DNA from: Rhizaria sp. SCN 62-66
Lineage: Eukaryota
Direction: 5' to 3'
NCBI GenBank assembly: GCA_001724265.1
Contig: MEDY01000397.1
Location: forward strand, 1 to 58,071
DNA length: 58,071 nt
A program made the position numbers and the translations under genes. Shown one piece after another: positions 26,201 through 42,387 of the stretch. The notes beneath the pieces were generated by a model, which was not told the DNA's origin, did not search any database, and worked only from the letters and a program-made list of their open reading frames with translations. How positions within the stretch are numbered: position 1 is the stretch's first letter; every line of letters begins with the position of its first letter.

Positions 26201-27790
26201 ACCCGCACTCGGAGTTGCACTCGTACTCGGAGTTGCACTCGGAGTTGAACTCGCAGTCGCAGCGCACGCGCCGGCGCCAGTGACAGAGATGGTGAAGCGC
26301 TGCAAGGGACCGTAACCTTCAATACGCACACCGGTAATCAAGTTGGATCCGTTGGTGCAACTCGTGTTCATTAAAGCGGGGCGAGTGACAGTCTCGCCGA
26401 AACTACTCACAGACGTAATGCCAGAGCCACAGCCAGAGCTAGAGCCAGAGTGGTAAGTGATCATGTTGTTGTTATTGTTGTTGCTGGTGCAGTTAGAAGG
26501 TGGTGAATACACAAACACACCCACGACGCGTTTCCGACTGCCTCTAAGAGGGCGGGTTCGAGAAGGATTGCTCCGCCCCCTCACGGAGCTGGCAGAGTGA
26601 CGACTTGCAAGTGCCTGCAACGGCGACTGTGAGTTACTACCGTTGGCGTCAGCTGAGTTCTGAATACTCTGTTCTTTCTCTTCCTCATCCTCATCATCGT
26701 CGTTTTCGTTCACGGCACTATCCTGACTCGAGGCACTGTTGTTATACTTATAGCGGTTTTTGTTGTTGTTGATGCAGCCTCTCAACACCCTCTCAAGCGC
26801 TTCAATGCCATCCCCAACCCCTATCCCGTTATAGCCTTCAGCACCCACGCCGCCCGCGCCCCCCTCAGCCGCGTAACTATTGTTAGTATTGGTATTATTG
26901 TTGCGATTGGGGTTGGCGATTAAGCTGTGGTGGTGAGGTAAGCGCACGAGAGCGCCGTCACTCGGCGTGCCACATACGATATCGCCCCGCTTCACAGCCG
27001 CGTAATCGGCCGGTGACCGTGCCAAAACGCCGATGACGGCGACGGCGCTACGGCGGGCTGCGAGGGGCGCTGCGAGCTCGATACTCAGCCCCAGGCCCTG
27101 CGGCTGCTGAGGCTGAGGCTGAGCCTGCGCCGGAGGCAGCGGAGACGGAGACAGCTGAGACTGCGCCTGTGACGGCGAAAGTTGTGGTTGTGACTGGACC
27201 TTGATCGGGACAGCGACGATGCGCACAGTATGCGTCAAAGCACAATAGAAACCCAGCTCTAGTGGGGTGTTGCGCGTGGCCGCAGTTGTAAGTGCAGCGC
27301 GGAGGCGGGTGCTTAGATCCGCGGCGTCTAAGGGTGCAGGCTCACGGTCGATGTGGGTGAGAAACGTGACTAAGGGGACCAAGGGGGGAGATAAGTCAGC
27401 GCAAGGTGACTGTGGGGAGACATTAATAACGCTCCATGCAAGTAACGGTTGATGCTGTGCTGAAGCATCTCTGTCGAGCTGCCCCTATCCCTGCTGCCGT
27501 TGCTGTTGCTGTTGCTGTTGTTGTTGGGAAGCAGAGGAGCGTAAGTATGGGTTGTACAAGCGTAGCCGTGAGAGGAAGGAAAGCCAGGAGAAACGGGACG
27601 AGACTGCTGCGGGAGACGAGGAATCTGAGTAGTACACCGTCTTATCATAGCCACTACCGCTGTTGTTGCTGTTGTTATTGTTGCTATCACTCCGGGTTGG
27701 GTTCGATGACTGCTGACTCGATGATGCTGGCTGTTGCGGAGAGGAGTAGGACGAAGACACGGCCTCGTAAATCGACGCGGTCGCGCCCAT
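23297..27790 (-). CDS. GORASP: GRASP55/65 (Golgi reassembly stacking protein) homolog with very large low-complexity insertions; in-frame TAG 27487-27485
   Basis: MGATAS N-myristoylation-type start. Tandem PDZ-like motifs in GRASP order: WSVINVSPQSP...LVPLVTFLTHID, LGFY, GLGLSI, VIGVLARSPADYAAVKRGDIVCG, VGVFVYS and YLGAVAAFGPDHALP (cf. SLGCGIGYGYLHRIP). ORFs 27485-27790 and 23297-27382 are in frame across one TAG. Confidence 0.8.
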
Positions 27791-28411
27791 CGCAGGTCAC
27801 AAACGCTGCCTCTCAAGCAGGTCTAGTTTTGAAGCGTTGTTAGCAAACTACCAGTGGTGATGGAAATGCGCTGGTAATGCTGGAGTAAGCGAGCTGGGGA
27901 AGGCGAGTGATAGGGGGCGATGGCGAGAACAAACGGATGGATATGAGCATGATACTCGCAAATTCAAGAAAGATTATTAAAATTACAAAGACTCGAATCT
28001 AGTTCATTTTCGGAATTTCTCTGAAAATTCACATTGACGATCATAAAAGTGAAAGCAGCGATTGGGCGAATCGCCCGATTCTTGCTGACACGGCGTAATC
28101 TGTCTCCGAACAAAGTGACTGTGACTAAAAGTCATAAAACACACGATAGATGAACCAAATCGGACTATTTAGCAACTCCAACAGGGTATGTAAATATATA
28201 AGTATTTATATGTGTATAGATAAAATATAATCCCTAAATATTGTAATCACTGCCAACTAAAGTCCAAAACATCAATAGCTTCACACTGGCCATCAACGCA
28301 ACACTCACCTAAAGCAAGCACCAACACAGCAGAACATTCACACATACGTCATTAATGATCTTCCAACCGTAGTTGATGTTCTTATGTTGTCATATTTAAT
28401 GCTCATTCGCT

Positions 28412-31400
28412 TCAATAAGGCTTGCGCACGTCAGGCAAGTTCAACACATCCGCATGTTTCTTACCGCCGTTGTTGTTGTCATCATCGTCGTCAGATGACG
28501 GCGCAAAGGGATTCCTCTGCGCATCAGCCTCCGCATCCTCCTCTTCCTGCCTCTGCCGCGCCCGCCGCGCCTCGGCCTCCGCCGCAGCCGCAGCCGCAGC
28601 CGCAGTGCGCTTCGCCTCAGCTTCCTCCTTGCGTCGTTGCCCTTCGCCAGTAGTATCGAACAACGCAGCATCGGCCTCATCCTCCTCTTCCTGATTACCA
28701 CCATTACTCACACTGCCGCTTGCACCTCCCTTCTTATTCCCCTTCGCCTGAGTGTTATTGCCCGCTTTCTGGTTGTTGTTGTTGTTGCTTTTGTTTTTGT
28801 GGTCGACTGAGGCGTCACTCATTTCAAGCACACTGGCACCAACAACATCACTGTTATTACTACTACTATAGCTATTGCTCGTCACCGGAGGTAGCATCGC
28901 GTCCACCGCTGCTTCGCGGTAGTTCCTCACGCGCCCCTGCTGTTGCCGGTCCATCGCCTGTGCGACGACAACCGCAGCCTTGGCGGCCAGCGCGTGGTAA
29001 GCCATCGTGTGCGACGACGGGCTGTCAACAACCATGATAGCCGCCAACACCGCCGCGATAACGAGAAAAACAGAGAAGATGACAAACGTCCAGAGGAAAC
29101 CAAGCGCGTCAGCAACGACACCGCCGACGCCGGCGCCGATACAGAGACCGAGGCCGGACCACATACGCAAAACGCCGAGCGCGCTACTGTGGCGTGATGA
29201 CGGCACTTGGACAACCATGGCGGCGTGAAGCGCGGGCGCTAAGCAAGCCTGTCCAATGCCTAAGAGCACAGAGCCGATCGCAAAGAGAGGCATAGCACGG
29301 TGGGGCGGGGCGTCAATGAGGATGAAATGCGGAGCTGCGACGAGGTAAATCATCGAGAACGCTTCGAGAATCAGCCCGCCGACGATGAGCGCCTTCGAGC
29401 CGCCACGGTCTGAGACGTAGCCGAGCAGGGCGAGCAGGACCGCGCGGGTGAAGAAGAAAACAGCGAGCAAGAGACCGACTTGCTCGACGCGCAGGTTGTA
29501 CGACTTGAAGAGAATGGGTGAAAGACCCCATACGATTCCGTCTTTGAACGAAGAGCATGTGCTAGCAAACCAGACTGCGAAGACGTGCGAAGACGCGAAT
29601 GATAAAAGCCATGCGTGGACAGCGGTGTGTTTAAGTAAGCGCGGAAGACAGAACCAGTCAGTTTTGCCACCATTCTCATCGTCATCGTCATCGTCGTCAT
29701 CGTCGCTGTCGTAGCCGTAGTTATTAGCATTGATATCGCTGCCCTCACTGATGTTGGGATCGCTCGAACTGTCAACACTAGACCCACTCCTGAGGCCACT
29801 ACTGCTCGCGTTGTTGCTGTCACTGCTATTGTTCTGACGGCCACGGCGCTTCGCCCCCTTTTTGCCCTTAGGACCGCAGGGACCACAGCGGAGGAACCGC
29901 GGTGGCATCGCTGGCCGGTGGAGACCCACTCCAGTCAAGCGTCCAGCTTCACGGTCATCGCGGGTCACTCGGGACGCGAGACCGCGTTGTTTCTTCTTAA
30001 ACAGACTCGCACCAGAACCAGAGCCAGAACTAGAGCTCGAGTTGGAAGCTAATGGAGAGCCTGGGCCGGCAGAAATACTGGAACTAGAGCCGTTATTGCC
30101 GTTACCGCCATCGTCTGCGTTGTTATTCTCGTCGTTGTTCTCGCCTGAGTGTGCATGCGAGCCCGCGAGCCCCTCATCAGGCCAATCGTAAGCCCTTGCG
30201 AGCTTTTGCCGGACGATCGAGTGGCGCAACACCAAAGCCCCGTCGCCACGGCGCCACATCCGGCTGCCTCTCCCGCCATCAACAACGCCGCCAGAGCCAC
30301 GAGAATCGCCCCCGCGGCGGCTGCGGAGGAGCGACATACCCGCCTCAGCGTCAGAGTCAACGCCGTCGCCCCACTGCGCGTTGGCAACGCCGACGGGGCT
30401 GGCGAGGCTCCTAGCGTCGTCGTCGTCTTCGTCTTCCTCGTCAGCTAAGTCCAAGTTGTAGGCGTCGTCATCGTCGAAATCCTCCGTGGCCGAGGCCTCG
30501 GTGGTATCGGCGTCAGCGTCGGGTAGCGGGGCAGCGCCACCGCGGCGGCCACCGCGGTTACCAGCCCCGCGACGGCGACTGTTGTGCACCCCGGGGGCGT
30601 CCGACCCTGAATGGCCAGAGGTTTCACTGTCAGACGCTGCGTCCAACTGCGCGTCTTCATGTTCGAGCTCACGGGCAAAAAGCGCTGCATGACGGACCAT
30701 AATGGGGCCGTGGTCGGCGCCACGTGTTTCGGGCAGGAAACAGGAGATGGCGAAGCCGGCGATGCTGCCGGCGATGCCGATCCAGAACATCGGTGTCGTG
30801 TCGTTCAGGAAAGACTAGGAAATGACAACAAAAATAAGGGATATAAGACGATATTTTGATCTTGGTGAGTTAAAATTGATAAATAAATGTACTAGAGTTA
30901 TGCTATTCAATAAAGTTTTGTGAAGAAATCTGTCAAATCATGGTGATAAGATTGTTGTTTAAGGCGTACCTGCGTGGTGACGGCGCCACCGCGTTGCATC
31001 GATGACAGCAGTGTGATTAGCGCAACGAGAAACAGTGACACAAATTCGTTGAGACCAATCATTGTGGCCTTGTTTGCGGGTGCGGAGAGATCAACCATCA
31101 TGAAGATAGTGAGTGACCAGCACGTGCCTTGCTGCAAACCAAGCAACACGTTCGCCAAAATAACCTACGATATGAAACACAGCCGTTATAGAACAAAGAA
31201 ACATAAAATGAATCAATACTTTGCATTGGAGTAAATTACTCGTTAATATATAATTCTTTGAAGAATTAGTTCTTGATGCTCAGATATAAGTGAGATATAT
31301 CACATAGAGTGTAAAATTGTGTTACGTACCTGAGTCCAGCTCGTTGCAGTCATGACAAGCGGAAACACAGGAATACCGAGTAACCAGCCAAAACGCAGGA

Positions 31401-31806
31401 GATTCGTCCTTCCTTGCTCGTCAGACGCGAGACCGATAACGGGGGAGATAAGAGCCTTCGCCGCGCCGAACGCGACGATGAAGAGCAGGATTTCAGACGA
31501 GTCTTTGCGGTATACCACGTGGCCGATCATGGGAATCAACAGCTTCGACAGGCCGTACATCAGCCCGACAAGCGCGACGGAGAGGATCAACAGCAGCTGT
31601 TCGCGCCAGTAGTACACCGTGACCGGAAAACGCTTATGCACTGGCAAACAGCAGAGATCGTTCGCGTCGTAACCGTGTGGACGCGCGTTGAACGAAGACG
31701 GTTGTTCGAACACGTCGTCGTGTGCGGCGCGCGCCTGCAGAGACATGACGGGCGACGCGCCACCGCTGCCGGCGTCCACGTCGCTCGGGTCGCTGCTGTG
31801 GGACAT
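28412..31806 (-). CDS. Major facilitator superfamily (MFS_1) transporter. Exons 31806-31330, 31164-30970, 30814-28412
   Basis: Two hydrophobic helix bundles with motif-A-like GLASDEQGR and GYVSDRGGSK, separated by a long acidic loop. Two CAG|gtacgy introns. TGA stop. Confidence 0.88.
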
Positions 31807-33264
31807 CGCACGGCGGGAAGCGGGGGTTTGGGGGCGTGTCAATCAGAGCGGCGCAGGGGTTGGAGACGAGTTGCTACAGGAAGGCTCGCCGCTGGGGGGA
31901 GGGCGCCAGAGGGGGAAGAACGCTGCGTTACGCTCTGGTAGACAGGGTAAACGCGCAAATGTATGCGGCAACTGTTGTGGTAAGCTGTTGTAGTGAGGGG
32001 AAGTTGTTGATGGGAGTGAAGGACTGGGGCAGCGCGTGTGTAGCGCTTGTGGTCTCCTTTAGGTGCAGGGATTAAGAAGCAAGATTTCTGTGTGAAGATA
32101 AAGAGCCGTAAAAACATAACAGGGCGTTAAAGATGCAAGAGATAGTCCGATAGACGAATATGCATGTTGAAAGCTATTAAAGTGTGGATCTATGGTGTAG
32201 TGGCTAAAATATAGAGATGATATGAAGGGCTGAATGACGAGGCCTCTCGGGGCCGAGAGCAACAGCGAGGAGGCCTTCAAAACGTTTCGTGTGTAGGCGC
32301 AATGTGACCGTCAAGAGAGATTTTGAAATCAAAAACATGCATGCTGCAATAATTTGGATATTTTTGCAAACAATTAATTTGCACAGATGATGTCTGCGTC
32401 TCCCAGTTCAGTCGCGCGAGATGCACCAACCAGCACTCCAACCGGTCTCGAAGAGTCCCCCTGTGCCCTGACGCATTTCAGCCAAATGCATCACAATAAC
32501 ATTCGTGTTTAGCATTGTGAGTTGCGTTTTTGGATAATTGTTCTAATTAAGTGTTTGTCTTTGTGGGTTATACTCTGTATTATCGCGTTAATACGGCGCT
32601 ATGTGTGCAAACTGCCGCTCCGTGTCGGCTTGAATGCGCTCGCTGATGCTTCCTCCCCCGGCCTCCTTCCAGTCATATCTCGATCAAAGCAATCTATATT
32701 TGGCATCGGGTGGTGGATTTATGTATCTCAGTGTGTTATGGCATAGTGCCTGTTTTATTGGAAGTGTCCGTGACTATCTTTGTGTATCCCGACATGATCT
32801 CCTATTCATCATCTCTCACCGTCACCGTCTCCCATCACCTCCTCTTGCTCTGTCTCTCTGCATTCGCTCTATCTTCGTTCACTTATTTGCGTCTCCACGA
32901 CATTATGGCCGCAGTTGCCACTTGCACGTAAACGCCGGCCGCTCTGTGCAACAGCTCTCGTTGTTGTCTGACTGGTGTGGCTTCTGACACCAAAGCTCAT
33001 CGCAAAGATAGCAAAGTGTAGGTGCAGTGTTTATCTGCTTACACGCACTCTCGCACTCGCAGTCATTGTTGTAGCTGCCTTTGAAAACACAGCAACAACC
33101 GCTGTGACCCTTAACAACTTCTCCTTGCATCCTTAGTGTACCTAAAAACTAACACTAGAGGCTGCTTCCTGAGTTCCTGACTGGGTAACTTTGCTGTGAC
33201 TTTGCTTGGTTGTTTGAGCTTACTAGCTTAACTCTTCGGTTTGTGTATTTGTGTCGTGACGAAA

Positions 33265-36200
33265 ATGCCGTTTTCGCCGTTTTCCCTAACTGCAACCTCA
33301 CACCCAACTGATATCAGCAACGACAGCAACAACATTCGCAGCAATAGCAACAACAACGCGCTTCCTCACGGTACAGCTAATGACAACAACATTAACGCAG
33401 GCAGCACTATAAACGGTGACGACGACGACGGCGGCTCTGGTCCAAAAGGCAACACTGCTGCTCACAGTCACTTCGCTGCTCACAGTCAGTTTGGACCACC
33501 CCCTGTTGTCACCCACAGTCGATCCGCCATTGCCGCCGCTACTGCTGTTTCTGGTGCTGCTGCTGCTGCTACTGGTGGTTCTGGCTCTAGTACTTCTGGT
33601 GCTCCTGCTGGGACTGCTGGTGCCCACAGTCACGACTCGCGGGCCGCACAGCCACAGCATCCTCTGACGTCCTCCGCGTTCGCAGCGTACAAGCAGCCTA
33701 ACTTCAGCTCGGCGGGTGGGTTAAGTGCATTGAGCTCTGGGTATTTACCCGTGCAAGCGCAGAAGCAGTCGCAAGTGCAATCACACTCGCAATTGCCTGT
33801 CATTGGCGCGAGCCAAAGCCAAAGCCCCACCACCAGCACGAGCGTTCACAACAACAGCATCAGCAATCTCACTATGAGCGCAAGCACGAGCTCGAGCATT
33901 ACTCAAGCTAATTCCACTGTGAGTGGCTTTGCGGTGGGTAAATCAAGCGCTCGCAACTCACTCAGCCACTCGACCTTTAACATGAACAACAACAACACCA
34001 GCATGAGCAATGCGAACAACGCGAGCGCGAGAGCGAGTGCGAATGCGAACACTGCGGCTGCGCTAGCCGTTACCGCTGCAAGTGCGAGCGTGACGGCGAC
34101 CAACAAGAGCGCGTTGCGTGCTTTGGCGCTGCCGGTTCTGGGGCTGTATTTCGCCTACACGCTGTTTGCGCTGTTGCAAGAGTCTCTCTTCTTGCAGCCT
34201 GGTTTTGAGTATAGATACGCGTTTGCACTGACATCTGTGCAATATGCGCTGTATGTGATTCTCTCAGCAGTGCGCTTGTGGTGGCATGGTCGTGATGCTG
34301 ATTCGAACCACTCTGCTGCTCACAGTCACAGTTACGATCGCAAGGGCGACGGCGGTCAGAACGCTTATCAGTACTCTAGCCTCAGCACCACCGGTGCCGA
34401 CGACGGTGTAAGTGCTGCCAATGTAAGTGGGCTGAGTGCTAATAACACACCTCGGCACAATACGAGTCGAATGAACGATGCTGGTGCGAACGACAGCGCA
34501 ATTTCGCTCGAGAGTATTAGCATCAACACGCAAGCCAACCCCATGTTTGACGATAACGGCTATAAAAACGAGGCGGAGGGCGATGACAGCTCGACCGACA
34601 GCGCTACGACTGACTACGACAGCCATCGCAACATCTTCAACAACAGCAGCAATGACAACAATCACGATGAACACAAGACGAGCGGGAACGTTAGCCGCAA
34701 CCACTGCTATGAGTCGCAGTCCGGCTCACGGTCACGGTCACGGTCCCAGTCACGCTCGCACTCGCACTCACGCTCACGGCTGTTTTTGCTCTCACCAACT
34801 GCTGTGACACCGCTCCCGACTGGCGGCGCCTCCCCGGCGGTTCTTGCACCGCTGCTACACCCTTACAGTAGCAGTCTGAATCTAAGTACCTCCCCGACTC
34901 ACGGTCACTCGCCGTCCTCTGGCGATAAGAATGCAAGCACCTCCGCTGAGAATGACGATAACTCTCCATCATCAGAGTCAGATTCAGACTCGATCACACC
35001 GGCAGCGTGGCGTTTTTATCTCATTGGTGGCTTAACTTTCGTCTCCTCTGCACTCAGCAACGTCGGCTGCCATAATCTACCTTACCCATTGCAAGTCATG
35101 CTCAAATCATGTAAAGTTTTGCCCACAGTCGTCATCGGTAGCTTATTTTTTGGATCCAAGTACCGCCGGCTTGAATTAGCCGCCATTGGTCTCCTCACCG
35201 CAGGCGCTGCTCTAGCCGCCTTGGATGCGATTTTCTCTGCCTCAAGTGCGAAACTCGCGAAACACGCGCTGCCCATCGCGAGTTCCCCCACCGGTCCCGA
35301 CATGGGTTCTACTGTGGGTACCATGGGTACTGGGAGTACCGGTGACAATATCATCAACGACACTGGCAGCGCCGTGGCCGACGCCGTGAGTGCAACAGTG
35401 GCGATGGCAATCGACAGTGCACGTGCGTTTTACCGTCAGCAACGCGTTGATTCTGCCTCCGCTGCCGCTGCTGCTGCCACTGCTGCTGCTGGTGCTGCCG
35501 GTGTGTTTAAGACAACTGCGGTCGCGGCAGCAGAGGCTGCGGTTGAGGCAGTTGTCAGCAGCAGTGGCAACGGAGTGACCGTGAGCAGTGTTACTGCGAC
35601 TGCGGGCCTGTTTGCGGGGCTCGCAGCGTGGCTTGCGGCGAACGGTGTGCATTTACCGACTTTGATTGGCGTTGGTGCAATGCTTGCTGCGCTGTCTACT
35701 GATGCAGTCGTGAACAACTCGCTCGAACGCCTCCTCGCCAAGCACCAGGTACGTATTACTAAAACTCGCCCTTTAAGCTTTATATAATCGCTTAATGTGG
35801 TACAAGTAATGTATAATGTTGAAAATCCACACTTGAATCTTAATTCATTGCTTTTAATTCGCTAAACCTGCATATTCAATTATTTATCATGGGAAACCCA
35901 ACTTCGCTCTTTCCTCGCAGGTGCACCCCGCGCTTGTCATTTTGCGTGTCAAGACCGCCGCCCTTTGCTGTGCCGCCACAGCCCTGATTTTCTCCGGTGC
36001 TTTACCGGCTTTTGCCGCGTATGTGCGTCTACGGCCGGAAACCATGGTCAAAATGGTGTGCTTCGCACTCTGTGGTTGGGTCGGCGAGTCGTGCCTCATG
36101 GCAATCGTGGCGCAATGGGGAGCTGTCGTCGGCACTGCGCTGGCTTCAGGACGCAAAATGGGCACGATTGCGATCTCAATGCTTGTGTTCCCGAAGAAGA

Positions 36201-36586
36201 AGGGAGTTGCGTTCGTGGTGGGTGTGTGTATCGTCTTCGCGGGTGTTGTGATGGAGATTGCAGCGAAGGCGGCCGGTAAAAGCAAGGCTAAAAAGCATAA
36301 CAGTCAGAACCACAGTCATAGTCGTGCGGGGGGATATAGCCAGATCAAGAACGTCGCCGATGATAATGACGACAATAGTCGGATTACGCCGAAAGCGGGG
36401 TGTCATTTGCGGAATAATGGCATGAGCAAAGAGATGTTGCCATTGTCCAGCAACAATGCCTCGAACAATTATAACAACCACAGTTACAGCCATAATGATA
36501 CCGATCAGAATGCTGCAAGTAATGACGACAGCAGCAGTAGAGTTGTGCGATCGCGCTCTCAAAGCATCGCTGCTCTGCTGAAGTAA
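33265..36586 (+). CDS. UAA-family nucleotide-sugar/PAPS transporter (SLC35B-like). Exons 33265-35748, 35921-36586
   Basis: Motifs LQESLF, LSNVGCHNLPYPLQVMLKSCKVLPTVVIG...KY and ASGRKMGTIAISMLVFPK are typical of SLC35B. Intron CAG|gtacgt...cgcag|GTG. TAA stop. Confidence 0.85.
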
Positions 36587-37242
36587 AAGCAACAACTCAG
36601 CTCTCGACAACAACTGCGTTTCTTTACTCAGTGTATGTACGCGTTTGAATGACACTCTATTCGATCACGCGACTGTCAATCGTCGTCAGTGCGACAAATA
36701 CGTCCCCGCATTTTGCATTTTGCTAGCCCCAGTGTATCCCGTGACAATTTCTCGTGGCAACAGCGCTTTCGCTTCGCTTTGCAGCTGTTTCCTTGCTACT
36801 TTAAAAATATTTAACTATCATCGTTGATACCTAATATGATCTCATGAGAACTAAAAGATTAGTAATTTTATTGAATACATTGAATTATACGTAAAAACCT
36901 TGTTTCAGCTCCGTAATTGTTCTTATTCCCCGCATATCACTTAAAATATTATTGTCTTTAACAGCTGAGAGCCGTTGCTGTGTGTAGACGGACTCAGAAA
37001 AACGCACGAGAAGTTCAAACGACAATCATGATTACCGGCATGCGCCAATGCCTATATGCAATGATACAGTGTTAATAATACTGCATGTGTATTAATGTGT
37101 TTGTTATCTAAATTGTATTGTTATTAACGGACATATCACCCTATTTCTATCCATTCTTGCACTCGCTCCCTACCACAGCTTTCCTCTTCCTCGCGCACCA
37201 ATATCCTCGAGCCCTTCGTTACTCTCCTCAACGCCAGCGCTA

Positions 37243-40007
<2,765 letters not shown>

Positions 40008-40279
40008 GTTTTAAGCGAGAATCAAACAATTAAGCATTCTGCTGATGCGATGAAAAGAGTGAAATGTGACAAGTACCAGTGACAAGTGAAAGCAACAAAA
40101 ATTATCTTTATTATAATGACATGGCCATTTTTCCTATTTAAATTATAAAATCCAATAAGTTTGCACAGATCTATCTAAATAAACCCTCAAACGATTGGTT
40201 CATCAACAAGGTCAAAGCTGCAGCGGCTACAAGGGCTGATTAGAACTTTAAGTACCGGTGGGTCATGTGTGTCACCTGT

Positions 40280-41650
40280 TCACTGCTTAGGGAACGCAAA
40301 CTGGCCATTGGGGCCCTGGTTTTGAGGCACAAGTCCCGTCGCCGCACGAACACGCGCAATCACTTCCGCCGCACTCTCCTTATTCTTGCTGTTGTTATGA
40401 CCCACAGTCACCTCAGCACTGGTCGCCGTGCTCTTAGAAGCCTTCTCGTTATTCTTAGCCTTAGACTGAGCCTTAGACGGACTCTTGTCACTGCTGTTGT
40501 TGTTGTTAGTGACAACGGTGATGACACCGTCTTCGTCCTCCTTGCCGCAGTCATCAGCGTTCTCATCGTCGAGGTTGTTGTCGTTGGCGCTGTCATCGTC
40601 GCTGTCGTCATCTTTGTTAGTTGAGCTGAACAACAGAGCCTTCAGCCGGTCCTCAACCTCTGCCGCACTGGGGGCACCGTGAGAGGCGACTAGACTTAAG
40701 TACGGGTCGTTTTCAAACGAAGCAATCAAGTCCGCGTTGATCGCCTCATCATCATCATCGTCTTCGTCTTCGTTGTCGTTGTTGTTGTTGCTGCTGTTTG
40801 AGTGTGACTTGATTGGCTTGTTGTTCATCGCGCGCGCCATAGCGAGAGGCAGTGCGATCGAACGAGCAGCATTGCCACTCTGGTTACTGCCGAAAACAAC
40901 TCCATTGTTGTCCTCGTCCTCATCACCGTCGTCACCATCATCAGCGTTGTTGTTGTTGTCGGCGTCGAAGTCAGTCACGAAAACCTTCTTCCTCTGTTGC
41001 CTCTGCTGCTGCTTCTTACCAGCAGCCTTACCCTGTCCCATCTGCTGTTGCTGTTGCTTCTGGAGCTCTTGCTGCAACACACCGAGCGAAAGCGTCATTT
41101 GCAGTACGCTGCCACCCTGTGCAATCCTCGCTTGCGCATCCGCCTTCGTAAGCTCAAACCCATCTTCTGAGTTCTCCGCCATAGCCTGCTACTGCAGCTG
41201 TCCCATCCCCGCACTAGTAGAAGGATTACTACTGCTGTTGAGCTGGGGCATGAATGCGCTGAGACGCGAAAGGAGGTCAGATGGGGGTGCAACACGGCTC
41301 GTGAGACCAGTTGACGACGCTGGAGCAGCGCGAAAAGCCAATTCCGCTGCAGAAACCTCTGCTTCTGCGGAAGCTGTCGCGGGCACAGGCTCGCAGGCAT
41401 CGTCGTCGTCACTGTCGCTGTCACCGCTGTCGCTCTCGCTGTCTGCGTTTGCGTTTGAGGTGAAAGCGCCAGCACGGGGGTAGAGCTTCTTCAGCAGCTC
41501 GAGAGGAAACGCCGAGGGGTCGCCGAGCGCAGCGGCGGCGGAAGGTGCGGCGGGGACCGCGGGGGCAGAGCTAGCGGCGTCAGAGTCGCTGTCATCATGG
41601 GTGTCGCGGGCAGTGTGGACGTCAGAGCGACGCTTGGTGCGCTGGCTCAT
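40280..41650 (-). CDS. DUF4598 / NOPCHAP1 (C12orf45)-like protein; in-frame TAG 41191-41189
   Basis: PPSDLLSRLSAFMPQL (before the TAG) and LQMTLSLGVL (after it) match the two conserved DUF4598 blocks. Context CAG CTG CAG TAG CAG GCT ATG. TGA stop. Confidence 0.75.
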
Positions 41651-42387
41651 CTCGCGGAAAACGGCGGGTGTCGCGCGGTATAAACACGCTTGACAGCTTG
41701 TCTTGCAGAAGGTGTGAAAGTTAAACTATATAGTAGAGAATAAGATGGATGTTTTAGTTTTAAAGTTGGAAAGTGAGAATCGAAGGCGTGGGAAGGCTTT
41801 TGCGGTACGGTGTGCGAGCTGCCGAGTTGTCAACCGCTGTGGGCCAACAGTCAAAAACGAAGCGACAAAAGACATAGCTGGGGCGCGACAAGAGACCGAG
41901 ATGGAAGACTCTCGAAAATATAACAATATAACTGCGAGTATTTGTATACTATTTTTAATTTCAAATGTGGCGTTGATGATCACATGGCCGAGTTCTACCC
42001 CAATTTTCAAACGCTCTCGAGCACCGGAAGGAGACCGCCTCGCCTGCGCCTTCGCAAGCCTCTTTCACTCAATATATGTACCTCAACACGCACGTGTAGC
42101 GACAGTGTCTCACTCAATGATCTAGTGTGTCCTTTATTCTCTACTTCTGTTGCTCGTTTCTTTTCAGACCCTTGCCACCCTCCTCTGAGGTACTAAACCA
42201 AAGGAGCCCGCTCCAATCTCGCGCCTCGTCCGGTAACAGCCGCCGCCGTCGCCGCCGCCTGCCTGCACAGCACAACAACGCCGCACGCCAACGCCGGTGC
42301 TGTGGCTTGCCGTGTGACTCTTAACAACGAGCTCGCAGCACTCAACGACTTCTACAGTCGAACTCTTAACGATCGTTAACTGGAGCA

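Noticed and set aside
26203-26255. Short tandem repeat GCACTCGGAGTT in GRASP
   Set aside because: It encodes a local TPSA/TPST peptide repeat within a low-complexity insert and has no wider significance.
32230-32290. Hairpin CTCTCG-GGGC-CGAGAG flanked by AGGCCT copies, considered as a hammerhead ribozyme
   Set aside because: The required CUGANGA and GAAA core is not correctly placed. It is only a short hairpin in a divergent promoter region.
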